This document shows positions 53,715-64,000 of a stretch of DNA of 64,000 nucleotides, in pieces (within the stretch, counting starts at the first letter, position 1; every line of letters starts with the position of its first letter). The notes under the pieces were generated by a model that saw only the letters and a program-made list of their open reading frames with translations, was not told the origin of the DNA and ran no database searches. This DNA is from an uncultured delta proteobacterium (GTDB lineage Bacteria > Myxococcota_A > Polyangia > Palsa-1104): NCBI GenBank assembly GCA_963785725.1, contig CAWAWS010000014.1:288001-352000 (forward strand), given 5' to 3'. The translations under genes were made by a program, and so were the position numbers.

Positions 53715-53760
53715 GAATAACGACGATCGCATGTAAGGAATAACGACGATCGCATGTAAG
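53715..53760. repeat. perfect 23-bp tandem duplication
   Basis: GAATAACGACGATCGCATGTAAG at 53715 and 53738. Confidence 0.92.
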
Positions 53761-53916
53761 CCGATCTGCGACTGGCCAATTGCAATTGCCTGCGACGCGC
53801 GAAATCCGCTGCCGCGGCGCGGGAATTTCGCGCATTCACGGCCGCGGGTTGCGGCCGATGCGATCGGCCGGCTACTCGCTCGCGGCCGTCGACGATAATG
53901 AAAAGGAGGTGAAAGC

Positions 53917-54362
53917 TTAAGGCTGCGCTTGGTGCGCGGCGAGGACGCTGTCGAGATCGGTGGCGCGGCGCCAGCTGTAATACGTGCGCGGTCCGCGCGG
54001 GCTGTCGAAGATCGTGAGCTTCAGATCGACGCCGTCAGGACCGGGCTTGTCCATTTTCTCGATGATGAAACTCGATATTTTCTTGTCGCCGGTATGCCAT
54101 AAGTTGAAGCGGATTCGGCTGCCGTCCTGCTCGAACGTGAACAGCTCGAACTGCCCGGCGAACAGCGTGCGATCTTGATAGACGCCGCCGCCCATCGACG
54201 GCGTGAAGCGAAAGACGTGCAACTTGTCGTCGCTGCGCTGCGGGAGACGATCGATCCAGCTGCGATTGACCAGCAGCTCCTTCGCCTCTTTCGGCGGCAA
54301 CGCGTTCGTCGCCGGCCGCGAGCAAGCGCCGACGAGCAGCACTGCGAATAACAATTTACGCA

Positions 54363-54363
<1 letters not shown>
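53917..54363 (-). CDS. hypothetical lipoprotein
   Basis: MRKLLFAVLLVGA-C lipobox; TAATG coupling to the upstream activator gene. Confidence 0.82.
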
Positions 54364-55730
<1,367 letters not shown>

Positions 55731-56136
55731 GCGCGTCTCCGACGGAAAATGCTCGCCCGGGCGAGAAATAACACGATTCGACTGGAAAGCACTAGTTGAT
55801 GCAAGCGGGGCATGGCGAGTGTTACTGCAATCGGCATGCGCACACGCATCGTCGTCATTGTCGGTCGTCGCCGGCGCGATTTCGCCTTAAGCAACGAGCG
55901 ATAGAGCGGCCGCGAAAGCGACAAAGGGTGTGGCCGCGTTTGCAAAGGTGTGATGCCTACATTCGCTGCGCCGCCTGAGCTCGGACGCGGCCGGTGGCGC
56001 GCGGACGAAGAACGGCGCTGTCGTGAGCACGAGCGAATGCAGAGCGAGACGGAGCTCCGCATAGCCATAATCATATCACGGCGGCGCTGTGGAGAGGTGT
56101 GAACCGTTCTAGGTGCGCTCGTCGCTTACCATTTTG

Positions 56137-58177
56137 TCACCACTTGTCGGCGATGGCGCGGCTGCCGACGTGGCCCGTCAGGCTGTGGTCGGCGTGGAAG
56201 TCGAGCCGTATTTCTACGGTCTGGCCCGTGCGCAAGGTGACCGGCGTCGTCCAGCGAATGGGCGGCGACCTCTGTTCCAGCGTCACCGAGTGCTCGCCCG
56301 CGCCGAGGCCGAGCGGCGGCATCGGCGCAGTGCCCACTGCTTTTCCGTCGATGCTCACTCGAGCGGGCACATTGACCGCCAGCGTGAGTGTACCCCCCAC
56401 ATGCAGCTTTAATGAGACAGTTCGATGCTCGCCGCCGCCGACCACGACCTCGGCGCGCTCGTCGACATAGCCGGGCGCGCTGACGCGGATCTTGTGCTTG
56501 CCGTCAGGCGCCACGAACGTGTCATGCGAGGGCGCCGGCGGCTGCAAGACGAGGCCATCGACGCTGACCTGCGCGTCCGGCGGATCGCTGGCGACGGTGA
56601 GGAGCGCGGCGCGCGGCGACAGCGTCAACGTGGCGCGATAGAGCGCGCGTTCGCCCGCTTTCGGGCCCGTCAGCGTCAGCGTCTGGTCGACGAAGCCGTC
56701 TTTGCGCAGGGTGACCTCCGCGTTCGCGCCGGCGGCCAGCTCCAGCGTCGTCGGGGTCAGCTTGCCGCCGTCTTGGCCGCCGATGACGACGCGCGCGCCG
56801 GCCGGCTCGGACTCGAGCGTGACGACGCCGTGCTCTTCGCCGAGCCGCAGCTTGACGGTGGCTTCGCCGGCGGCGGCCGTCACCAGCTGCTCGTCGTCGC
56901 GCCAGCCGTCGAGCGTCGCGCGCAAGGCGTACGAATGGCCCGCCTCGAGGCCGGTCAAGTGCAGCGGCGCCGGTCCGCGCACGCGGCCATCGACGTAAAT
57001 GCGCGCGCCGGGCGGTTCGCTCTCGATCTGCAAGGCCGCGGGCGGCGGCGGTTTACGGAAATAAGGCAGCGCCGCCAAGCCGACGGCGAAGAGCAGCAGC
57101 AAGACGGCGAACGTCATCGCCACCGGCAAGAGCACGCCCGAACGCGGCGGCGCTGCCGGCGGCGGCGCCAGAATCTTGGTGCCGGCGGCCGCGGCGTGAC
57201 GGCAGCGTCGGCGGCACGGTCGGCTTGGCGACGTCGACGGCCTCTTCGAACACGCCCAGCGACTGCAGCTGCGCGCGCGCCTGCTTCAGATCGAAGGTGC
57301 ACACGACTTCGGTGGCCGAGCCGGCGAAGACGTGGAAGCTGACTTCCGTCGCCGAGTTGCACATGAGGTACAGGCCGAGGCCGGCGCCGCCCGCTTTGCG
57401 ATCGATCTGCTCGGCGGCGTGCAAACACTTGTCGAGATAATGAATGACGATGTCTTTGCGCAGCGTGCCGAACGCGTCGCGCACGCTGACGACGAAGCGA
57501 TCGCCGTCGCAGGCATATTGCAATACCGCCTTTTGCTCGGCCTTCATGAGCACGCGCTCTTTGACGGGCACGTCGGCGAACAGCGGCCTGCCTTGCGCGT
57601 CGACGGGCGCGTCGTAGAGCGCATTCATGAGCATTTCGTCGATGCATTGATCGATCTGCTCGCGATATTTACGGCGTACGCCCATCGCTTGCGCGAAATC
57701 GCCGATCGTCAATATCGCTTGTGACTTCTCGTGATAATCGCTGACCAACGTCGAATAGATGCGCACGCCCCAAGGCAGCACTTTGTCGACGCCGAAGAGG
57801 TCGCGGCCGAGCAGCTTGGCGATGGTCGCGGTGGCGCCGGGCGCGGTCAGGCTGTCGGCGGCGAGCACGCAGGGAACGTGCGCGTCGGCGAGCAGGGCGA
57901 CGGTCCATTCGAGGTCGGCGGCGGGGATGATCGGCACGAGCCGCGCTTCGTCGGTCATGCGCACGCTGAGCCGCGCCAGCGACGGCGGCGCGATGGCGGC
58001 GACGCCCGGCTCGCGCGCCGGCAGCGCGCACAAGACGAGGTCACTCTCGAGGCGCGCCGGCGCTTCGTCGACGCCGGCGAACGACTGCACGGCGCCGCCG
58101 GCGGCCATCGCGCTTTGGGCGAGGCGCTTTTGCAGCGCCTTGTCCGCGGCGATGACCATCACCCGCTTGGACAACAT
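56137..58177 (-). CDS. receiver-like plus GHKL ATPase, TM and about four PEGA domains; one gene split by a +1 frameshift near 57172
   Basis: EMLMNALYDA, VRDAFG, GAGLGL; removing one base joins ...HQD-LAPPPAAPPRSG to the TM helix and PEGA repeats (SEPPGA, SEPAGA, SDPPDA, NVPARV). Confidence 0.75.
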
Positions 58178-58198
58178 TACGACTTCGATATTAAACGA

Positions 58199-59581
58199 TT
58201 ACAAATCGCTTTGCGAAATCGGGAAAAAGCCGTCGAAGTAGTGCTGCGTCATTCGGCCGAAGGTAATGGCGCCGAATAGATTGACGGCGACGCCGGCGAG
58301 AATCAGCGCCTTCCAGGTGCGCGTAATCGGGCGACCGCCAATGGCGAGCAGCATGATGAGACCCATGGCGAAATCGTTACTGAAGCGATAGCCGAACTGC
58401 ACCCAGCCGTCGTTTTGATAGAGCAGCCCCATCAATGCGATGGGCGCGACGATGACCCATAAGACGTCGTGCAGCGGCGTTTTGACGCGCGGCCATAAGA
58501 CGTACAAATAAGCCGGCGTCGTAATCAAAAGCGATAAGCCGTGCCATGGCACTTGAATGTAGGGCGCACGCGGCAACAGCTTCGGCGTCAGCGTGAGCGC
58601 GACGCTGAGATTGCGCGCCAGGAACGCGAAGTTGGTCAGGCCATAACGTTGAATGCGATCGGTCCAGCGCACATTGAGGTAGAAATGGCCGAATTCGCCG
58701 ATGGAATGAAAGCGCGCCCAGTTGAATGCGCCGCCGGCGACGGCGAATAGGAGCGCGGGAACGCCGGCGAGAATGAGGGCGCGCCAGGGAATCCTGTCAT
58801 TCCAACGCAACGTCTCGTTTTCCGCGCGCGGGCGCGCGCGCCAGGCCTCCCAGACGAAGAAGACTCCCCACGCCGAGACATGCGGGCGAGTCAGCAATAT
58901 CGCGCCTAAACACAATCCGGCCAGGAATGGATAACGGGCTTCGAATGAAGCGAGAATGAAGAGCGCGGTCAATACCGTGACGACGACGTGCGCGGTGTAC
59001 CAAACGGAGCCGATGACGGAGGTGTAGAAATAGACGGTGCCGACGCCGAACATGAGCGTGAGCCATAAGTCGTCTTGCTCGCTGCGGCTGGAATCGCCGC
59101 GCGCGGAGAGCTTACGTAATATCAGGAACAATAAGGCCGGCGCGAATGCGGCGATGATGACGCTCAATAAGACGTCGTTGACGTTCAGTCCCCAAATGGC
59201 GACGAAGGGCATGAAGACGAACGACGGAAAAGGCGGGAACGAGACGTAATATTTCTTCCAGCGGTTGGCGATGGCGATCGGCGCGATGCTCTCGATCTGC
59301 CCGTCGAGCGAGCGGAAACGATTGGGCATCGCGCGCAAGAACGTGCCGGCGACGGTGCGGCCGTCTTTCAGGTGCAGATATTCGACCTCGGCCCAATCGT
59401 TGGTATTGGGCGGCGCGTGGCCGAGCTCGAGCTGGCCGTGCAGAAACATCTGCGCCTGATACGAGAAATGAATATCGCTCGACTTATGCAATAAGCGATT
59501 TCCCGACGTCGCCAAATAGGCGGCCAGGAAAAAGACATAGAGCGCGGCGAAGAGCTTGGTGTTGCGCGATAAGGATTTCAT
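58199..59581 (-). CDS. multi-TM membrane protein, GT-C glycosyltransferase-like
   Basis: About 10 TM helices, YVSFPPFP, WVQFGYRFSNDF; start ATG 59581, coupled to the upstream gene. Confidence 0.7.
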   Translation of the reverse strand: MKSLSRNTKLFAALYVFFLAAYLATSGNRLLHKSSDIHFSYQAQMFLHGQLELGHAPPNTNDWAEVEYLHLKDGRTVAGTFLRAMPNRFRSLDGQIESIAPIAIANRWKKYYVSFPPFPSFVFMPFVAIWGLNVNDVLLSVIIAAFAPALLFLILRKLSARGDSSRSEQDDLWLTLMFGVGTVYFYTSVIGSVWYTAHVVVTVLTALFILASFEARYPFLAGLCLGAILLTRPHVSAWGVFFVWEAWRARPRAENETLRWNDRIPWRALILAGVPALLFAVAGGAFNWARFHSIGEFGHFYLNVRWTDRIQRYGLTNFAFLARNLSVALTLTPKLLPRAPYIQVPWHGLSLLITTPAYLYVLWPRVKTPLHDVLWVIVAPIALMGLLYQNDGWVQFGYRFSNDFAMGLIMLLAIGGRPITRTWKALILAGVAVNLFGAITFGRMTQHYFDGFFPISQSDL

Positions 59582-61308
59582 TTGCGCGGTCGTTCGTACA
59601 CGGTCACGAGCGGTACCCCTTCGTCGTCGAGGACCCGCGACGGACGCGTCGTTCCGTAGAAGTCCCAGATCCAATATTCGTATTTGTTGAAGTGCTTCTC
59701 GTGAATGACCATCGCGATATCGCTGGCGCGCACGCCGTTCTCTTCGAGGCCGGTGTTGCCGATATCGGGACGCAGGCGGCCTTCGCGCACGTGCATATTG
59801 AGCTGCGATTGATTGGTGTCGTGCCAATAAACGGGGGCACGTGCGCCGGCGTGGCTGTCGATCCACGGCAGGATGCCGCGCGTGGCGTAGCCCCAGAATT
59901 GGCGGTTGAGGCCGAGGTCGGCGCCGCCGGCCGGACCGCCGGCGAGCAGGTTGTAGTCGCTGAGCGCGTAGGGATGCGCGCGCCAGGTCGCGGCCAGCGC
60001 CGGCGCGCAGGCGACGACGGTCAGCGCGGCGGCGAAGACCTGCGCGCGCCGCTTTTGCTCGGCGGGAATGAGCGCGCGCTCGTCGGGTGAGATGCCGGCC
60101 AAGCTGCGCGCCAGCACGTGAACGGCGTAGCCGGCCAATAAGGCCAAATAAGGAATCGTCGCGTGGAAATGCTTGGTGGCGCCGAATATCGGAGCGCGCG
60201 TGACGGTCAATATCGCCATCGGAAAGAGCGCGTTGATACCGATTAAGAAGCCGGTGGCGCGGGTGCCGAGCTCGCGCGCGGCGTGCGGGTTCTCGCGCCG
60301 CTCGCGGCGCCAATGCACGATGAGCAGCACCGCGCCAGCGACGGAGAGGACGAGCGTCGTCACCGGCAAGGTAAAGAGCGTCATGACGTACGGAAACGAG
60401 ATCGGGAAGGGCGGCTTGTTATAGTTACGCCCCAGATATTCCATATTGTAATAGACGTGATGAATATGAAACGCCGCATATTCGCGGAAGCGATTCACGG
60501 TATCGAACCAGAGCCAAGGCCAGCAGGCGAAATAGACGAGGACGCCCAGCGTCGCCATATAAATGAACGGGCGCAGCGACGGTAGGCTGCGCCGCTGCCA
60601 GGCTACGAACGCGAAGTGCGGCGCCAGCACGAAGGGAATGAAGAAGGCGTTGTGCTTCGACGCCAGCGCCAAGCCGAAGAATAGGCCGGTGCGCCAGCCC
60701 CAATCGGGCTCGTCGATGGCGCGCCAATAGGCGTAGACGACGATGACCCACCACGCGGCGATGGGCGCGTCGAACGCGGCCAGCTGCGCGTCGAAGAAGA
60801 GGCGCGGCGCGGCGACGGCGAGCGCGGCGGCGACGAGGCCGGCGGCGCGCGACCAGGCGGCGGCGCCCATCATGAACAAGCAGACGGCCATGAACGCCGT
60901 CAGGATGTGCGTCGGCAGGCGTAACGCGGTCTCCTCGTCGAGGAGGCCGAGCGTCGTGTGCTTGTGCGCGTACGAAAGCGGGTGGCGGCCGGCCTGCTCG
61001 GGGCAGTGGCAGCGATGGAAGATGCGCCAGGAGAGCCCGAACAGCGACTTCATCAGCGCCGGGTGCTCGTGGTTGTAGCCGAAGCCGCGGTCGATGGCGC
61101 TGCGCGTGAAGCTGCGCTGCGGATGGCCGGCGAGCGTGTTCTCGATGACGTCGCCGTACCAGCTCCAGTAGAGCTCGGCGGCGTCGAAGTAGTAGCCCTC
61201 GTCGCGCGTGTTGCCCTGCGTGCGGCTGCCGAGGACGAGCGTCAGGAGCGTGACCGCGAAGACGAGAGCGGCGACGGTGCGGTCGCCGTGCGTGAGCTTG
61301 CGGATCAT
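59578..61308 (-). CDS. GT-C (ArnT/PMT-like) glycosyltransferase
   Basis: RDEGYY, HEHPALMK, LRLP, FDAP, GLALASKH; multi-TM; start ATG 61308. Confidence 0.82.
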   Translation of the reverse strand: MIRKLTHGDRTVAALVFAVTLLTLVLGSRTQGNTRDEGYYFDAAELYWSWYGDVIENTLAGHPQRSFTRSAIDRGFGYNHEHPALMKSLFGLSWRIFHRCHCPEQAGRHPLSYAHKHTTLGLLDEETALRLPTHILTAFMAVCLFMMGAAAWSRAAGLVAAALAVAAPRLFFDAQLAAFDAPIAAWWVIVVYAYWRAIDEPDWGWRTGLFFGLALASKHNAFFIPFVLAPHFAFVAWQRRSLPSLRPFIYMATLGVLVYFACWPWLWFDTVNRFREYAAFHIHHVYYNMEYLGRNYNKPPFPISFPYVMTLFTLPVTTLVLSVAGAVLLIVHWRRERRENPHAARELGTRATGFLIGINALFPMAILTVTRAPIFGATKHFHATIPYLALLAGYAVHVLARSLAGISPDERALIPAEQKRRAQVFAAALTVVACAPALAATWRAHPYALSDYNLLAGGPAGGADLGLNRQFWGYATRGILPWIDSHAGARAPVYWHDTNQSQLNMHVREGRLRPDIGNTGLEENGVRASDIAMVIHEKHFNKYEYWIWDFYGTTRPSRVLDDEGVPLVTVYERPRK

Positions 61309-62171
61309 CGGCGCGCCTCGGCGTGGAAGCCCAAATTGCGCCACTGCGGATTGCCGGCGGCGATGTCGAAGCGGACGTCGTGGCGCGTGCCCGCGAGCGC
61401 CGCGGTGTCGATCTCGAAGCGGCTCCAGCGATCGTCGTTGCCGACGTGGAGCGCGAGCTGCGGCTTGCCGTCGATGGTGACGCGGAAGTCGACGAGCGCG
61501 TCGCTGTTTTTGCGCGCGTAATAGTCGTGGATGCCGGCGTAGACGACGAGCGACTTGCCGAGCGGCACCTCGCTGAAGTCGATGTGCGTGGTGCGCGCGT
61601 TGTCGGCGGGCGCCAAGATGCCGCGGCGCGGGCGATAGTCGATCTCCAGCGTGCGCCGCTCGACGCGCGAGCCGGGGCAGCGGCCGATGGCGCCCGAGTC
61701 GTGATAGCAGGGCGTCTCGGCGGCGGCGCTGCCTTGCGATTGCGTGACGCGCGCTTCGTCGGCGTGCGCGGTGAAGTCGTAGAGCACGCTCACCGACGAC
61801 TTCTCGTAGAGCGCCACGTGGACGCGGCCGTGATCGCCGCCGTGGACGAGCCGGGCGCCGGCGACTTCGGGCGCGTGCGCGCCGCGAATGGCGACTTCCC
61901 ACACGCGCGCATAGCGGTCGGCGTCGGAGCGTGCCGCCATCTCGACGGGAATGACGTCGCCGAGCACCGAGCGTCCGACTTGATCGGCCCACTGCGGCGC
62001 GAACACGATGAGGTCGCCCGGCTGCAGATCGGCGCGGACTTCGGCGGCGGCGGCTTGCCAATCGGCGGCGGTGGCGACGCGGGCGGAAGCGGTCAAGGCG
62101 GTGCCGGTCTCGACGACGGCAAGCAGCGCCAACAGCGCCGCGGCGACGACGGCGAGCGTGCGAGGGTTCAT
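61305..62171 (-). CDS. membrane-anchored exported protein
   Basis: N-terminal TM, beta-rich C-terminal domain; ATGA overlaps on both sides. Confidence 0.72.
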   Translation of the reverse strand: MNPRTLAVVAAALLALLAVVETGTALTASARVATAADWQAAAAEVRADLQPGDLIVFAPQWADQVGRSVLGDVIPVEMAARSDADRYARVWEVAIRGAHAPEVAGARLVHGGDHGRVHVALYEKSSVSVLYDFTAHADEARVTQSQGSAAAETPCYHDSGAIGRCPGSRVERRTLEIDYRPRRGILAPADNARTTHIDFSEVPLGKSLVVYAGIHDYYARKNSDALVDFRVTIDGKPQLALHVGNDDRWSRFEIDTAALAGTRHDVRFDIAAGNPQWRNLGFHAEARR

Positions 62172-63724
62172 TGCAGCTCTTTGTCTATCACGCCGGCCGG
62201 GGTCTGCGGCACGTTCGGCTGCAGCCAAAAATGCGGGAACGTCGGCGCGCCGGTGACGACATTGGGCCCGGCGAAGGTGTCGGCGATGCGATAATGCGCG
62301 AGCAATCCCGGCCACATCTGCCAGTTGCCTTCGATCTTGTCGTCCATCACGACGGCGGCGAAGCGCGCCTGCGTGAGCGACTGCTCGAGCCGCGCCGGCG
62401 TCGGCAGGCCCGCGCGCCAAGTGTCGAGCACGCCCATGCGATGCAAGAACGCCTGCTTGCCCGCGAGATAGCTGTAGAACGGGTGAAACGGAATCAGGAT
62501 GTCGCCGGGCGTGGCACGCATGCGGGCGATGAGCTGGTCACCGGCGGCACGATCGCGCGCGGTCGGAATCTCCGGCCGCGGATCGTAGCCGGTCGGATGC
62601 TTGAGCAGCGCGTCGGGATTCCACGACCTCGGCAAGATGCGGCCGAAGACGGGATCGAGGCCGCCGGGCGCGCATAAAATGGTGAGGCCGAGCAGGATCC
62701 AGACGACGGCGGGGCGCAACCGTGGCGGCGGCCCGTCTTTGCGCGGGCGCGCGTCGAGCAAGCGGCCGGCGGCGACGCCGATGGCGATGGCCGGCAGCAC
62801 GATGCCGGGGATGAACGCGTTCAAGTAGGCCCATTGCGTGCCGAAGCTGAGGCCGGCGGCGCCGATTCCGCCGAGCGCGAGGAACGTCGCGTAGAGCAGG
62901 CCAGGCGAGCGTCGACGCCAGATCGCCCAAGGCACCAAGAGTAAGCCGGGGCCGATGAGCAGTAACAAGCGGCCGGGCGTGCCCAAAAACGCGCGGATGG
63001 CGAAGAAGCCGTGCTTGCGATGGAGGACGGACGTGTAGGTCCAGAACCAGCCGTCGGACGCGCGGTTGCTCAGCCACAGCGACGGCAGACCGACGACGGC
63101 GAGGGTGACGCCGTAGGCGATGGCCGTGCGCGGCGCGACCGCCAGCAGCGCCACGCCGAGCGCGAGCATGAACGGCGCCGTCGTCTGCTTGACGAAGAAG
63201 GCGGCGACGAGCAAGAGCGCCGCGATGATGCCGCCGTCGAGCCGGTCGCGGCGCCACCAGCCGATGAGCAGGCCGGCGGTGACGAGCGCCATGAACAGCG
63301 AGTCGGGCCGCGCCAAGTCGTACCAGGCGCCGCAGGGGACGAATGCGGCGCACGGGATGGCGACGGCGGCGGCGGCGGCGGTGCGCGAGCCGCCTTCGCG
63401 GCGGACGTAGACGTAGATGAGCGCCAGCGTGGCCACGAACGAGACCAGCGAGACGGCGCGGCCGAGGCCATATCCCAGGCCGAATATCTTCGATAGCCAA
63501 TATACGAGCGCGGGATATCCCGGCGTATACAAATAGGGGATGAAGTCGACCGACGGCGGCGCGAATATCGGCTGATGCTCGACGAGACGGAGCGAATGGC
63601 AGAGCATTCCGCCCTCCATCCACTCGAGATCGTATGGAAACGAAATGCGCTTGAATATGACGTAAAATAATATGATTACGAAATAGGCGGCGAGCGCCAG
63701 CGTCAGCGCGCGCCAGATCTTCAC
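62168..63724 (-). CDS. GT-C (ArnT/PMT-like) glycosyltransferase
   Basis: PYDLEWMEG, YTPGYP, GRAVS, ARPDSL, FFVKQT; multi-TM. Confidence 0.8.
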   Translation of the reverse strand: MKIWRALTLALAAYFVIILFYVIFKRISFPYDLEWMEGGMLCHSLRLVEHQPIFAPPSVDFIPYLYTPGYPALVYWLSKIFGLGYGLGRAVSLVSFVATLALIYVYVRREGGSRTAAAAAVAIPCAAFVPCGAWYDLARPDSLFMALVTAGLLIGWWRRDRLDGGIIAALLLVAAFFVKQTTAPFMLALGVALLAVAPRTAIAYGVTLAVVGLPSLWLSNRASDGWFWTYTSVLHRKHGFFAIRAFLGTPGRLLLLIGPGLLLVPWAIWRRRSPGLLYATFLALGGIGAAGLSFGTQWAYLNAFIPGIVLPAIAIGVAAGRLLDARPRKDGPPPRLRPAVVWILLGLTILCAPGGLDPVFGRILPRSWNPDALLKHPTGYDPRPEIPTARDRAAGDQLIARMRATPGDILIPFHPFYSYLAGKQAFLHRMGVLDTWRAGLPTPARLEQSLTQARFAAVVMDDKIEGNWQMWPGLLAHYRIADTFAGPNVVTGAPTFPHFWLQPNVPQTPAGVIDKELQ

Positions 63725-64000
63725 GGCTGCACCGTCACGCCGGCGATGTCGACGGCGTGGTCGGGCGCGGCGTGCGCGCCGTCAATCGGCGCGCGGTCGA
63801 GCCCTTTGAACAGGCCGACGCGCACGCGCAAGGGGCCGCGCGGAAAGTCGAGCGGCAGCTTCACTTGCACGCGATCGCGCAAGAACGTGCCCGGCCTGAG
63901 GCGCGACAGCGGGAAGGTGTTCTCGACGGGATCGTGGTCGGCGTTGACCATGCGGCCGGTCGCGCTCTCGACGTGCATGAAGAGGCGCCAGCCCGGCTCG
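63721..64000 (-). CDS. 3' end of an upstream operon gene (Ig-like extracellular domain; partial)
   Basis: Open frame WRLFMHVE..ADHDP..LRPGTFLRD..VRVGLF; GTGA overlap with the next gene. Confidence 0.7.
   Translation of the reverse strand, partial: EPGWRLFMHVESATGRMVNADHDPVENTFPLSRLRPGTFLRDRVQVKLPLDFPRGPLRVRVGLFKGLDRAPIDGAHAAPDHAVDIAGVTVQP

Noticed and set aside
53715..53760. CRISPR array
   Set aside because: The two 23-mers abut with no spacer, and no cas genes are present. The 36-bp repeats at 8025 are also spacerless and coding.
53901..53912. 16S rRNA fragment or Pxr sRNA
   Set aside because: Only 11 nt match the 16S tail, with no flanking rRNA sequence. I see no Pxr-like terminal hairpin or sigma54 promoter.
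55887..55945. tmRNA tag-like frame on - (ANAATPFVAFAAALSLVA*)
   Set aside because: No tRNA-like 5' or 3' ends and no T-loop/CCA; the tag does not resemble ANDxxYALAA.

Overview
A GC-rich, gene-dense bacterial chromosomal segment whose gene content points to a myxobacterium (Myxococcota, inferred): PEGA proteins, FHA-sigma54 activators, Hanks kinases, a MYXO-CTERM-like tail and mvaS. It holds about 60 real CDSs; most other long ORFs in the track are GC-rich shadow frames. Housekeeping genes: tolQRAB, ppx, trpS, dnaJ, xseB, fur plus a cytochrome c-FTR1 iron permease, cinA-thpR-recA, hom, glpX, panE, mvaS and ansA. Signalling genes: two HAMP histidine kinases, three single-domain receivers, two tandem Ser/Thr kinases, a PP2C phosphatase, an FHA-GGDEF protein, two FHA-sigma54 activators and an ECF sigma factor. 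I found no rRNA, tRNA, CRISPR array or transposase. The best candidate for an undescribed system is a minus-strand module at 51.8-58.2 kb. Two paralogous membrane-anchored proteins (receiver-like domain plus an RsbW/SpoIIAB-like GHKL domain, one with a PEGA array) flank an FHA-sigma54 activator and a highly structured intergenic region, directly downstream of a GT-C glycosyltransferase operon. Also notable are a ~100-120 bp intergenic repeat in three copies, an inverted-repeat element between tolQ and tolR, many apparently leaderless promoters, a catalytically dead rhomboid, and a TrpRS with an altered Fe-S Cys motif. recA, a halogenase-like gene, panE and the GHKL-PEGA gene all carry single-base insertions, most likely consensus or assembly errors. 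All calls come from reading the sequence; no database searches were run.
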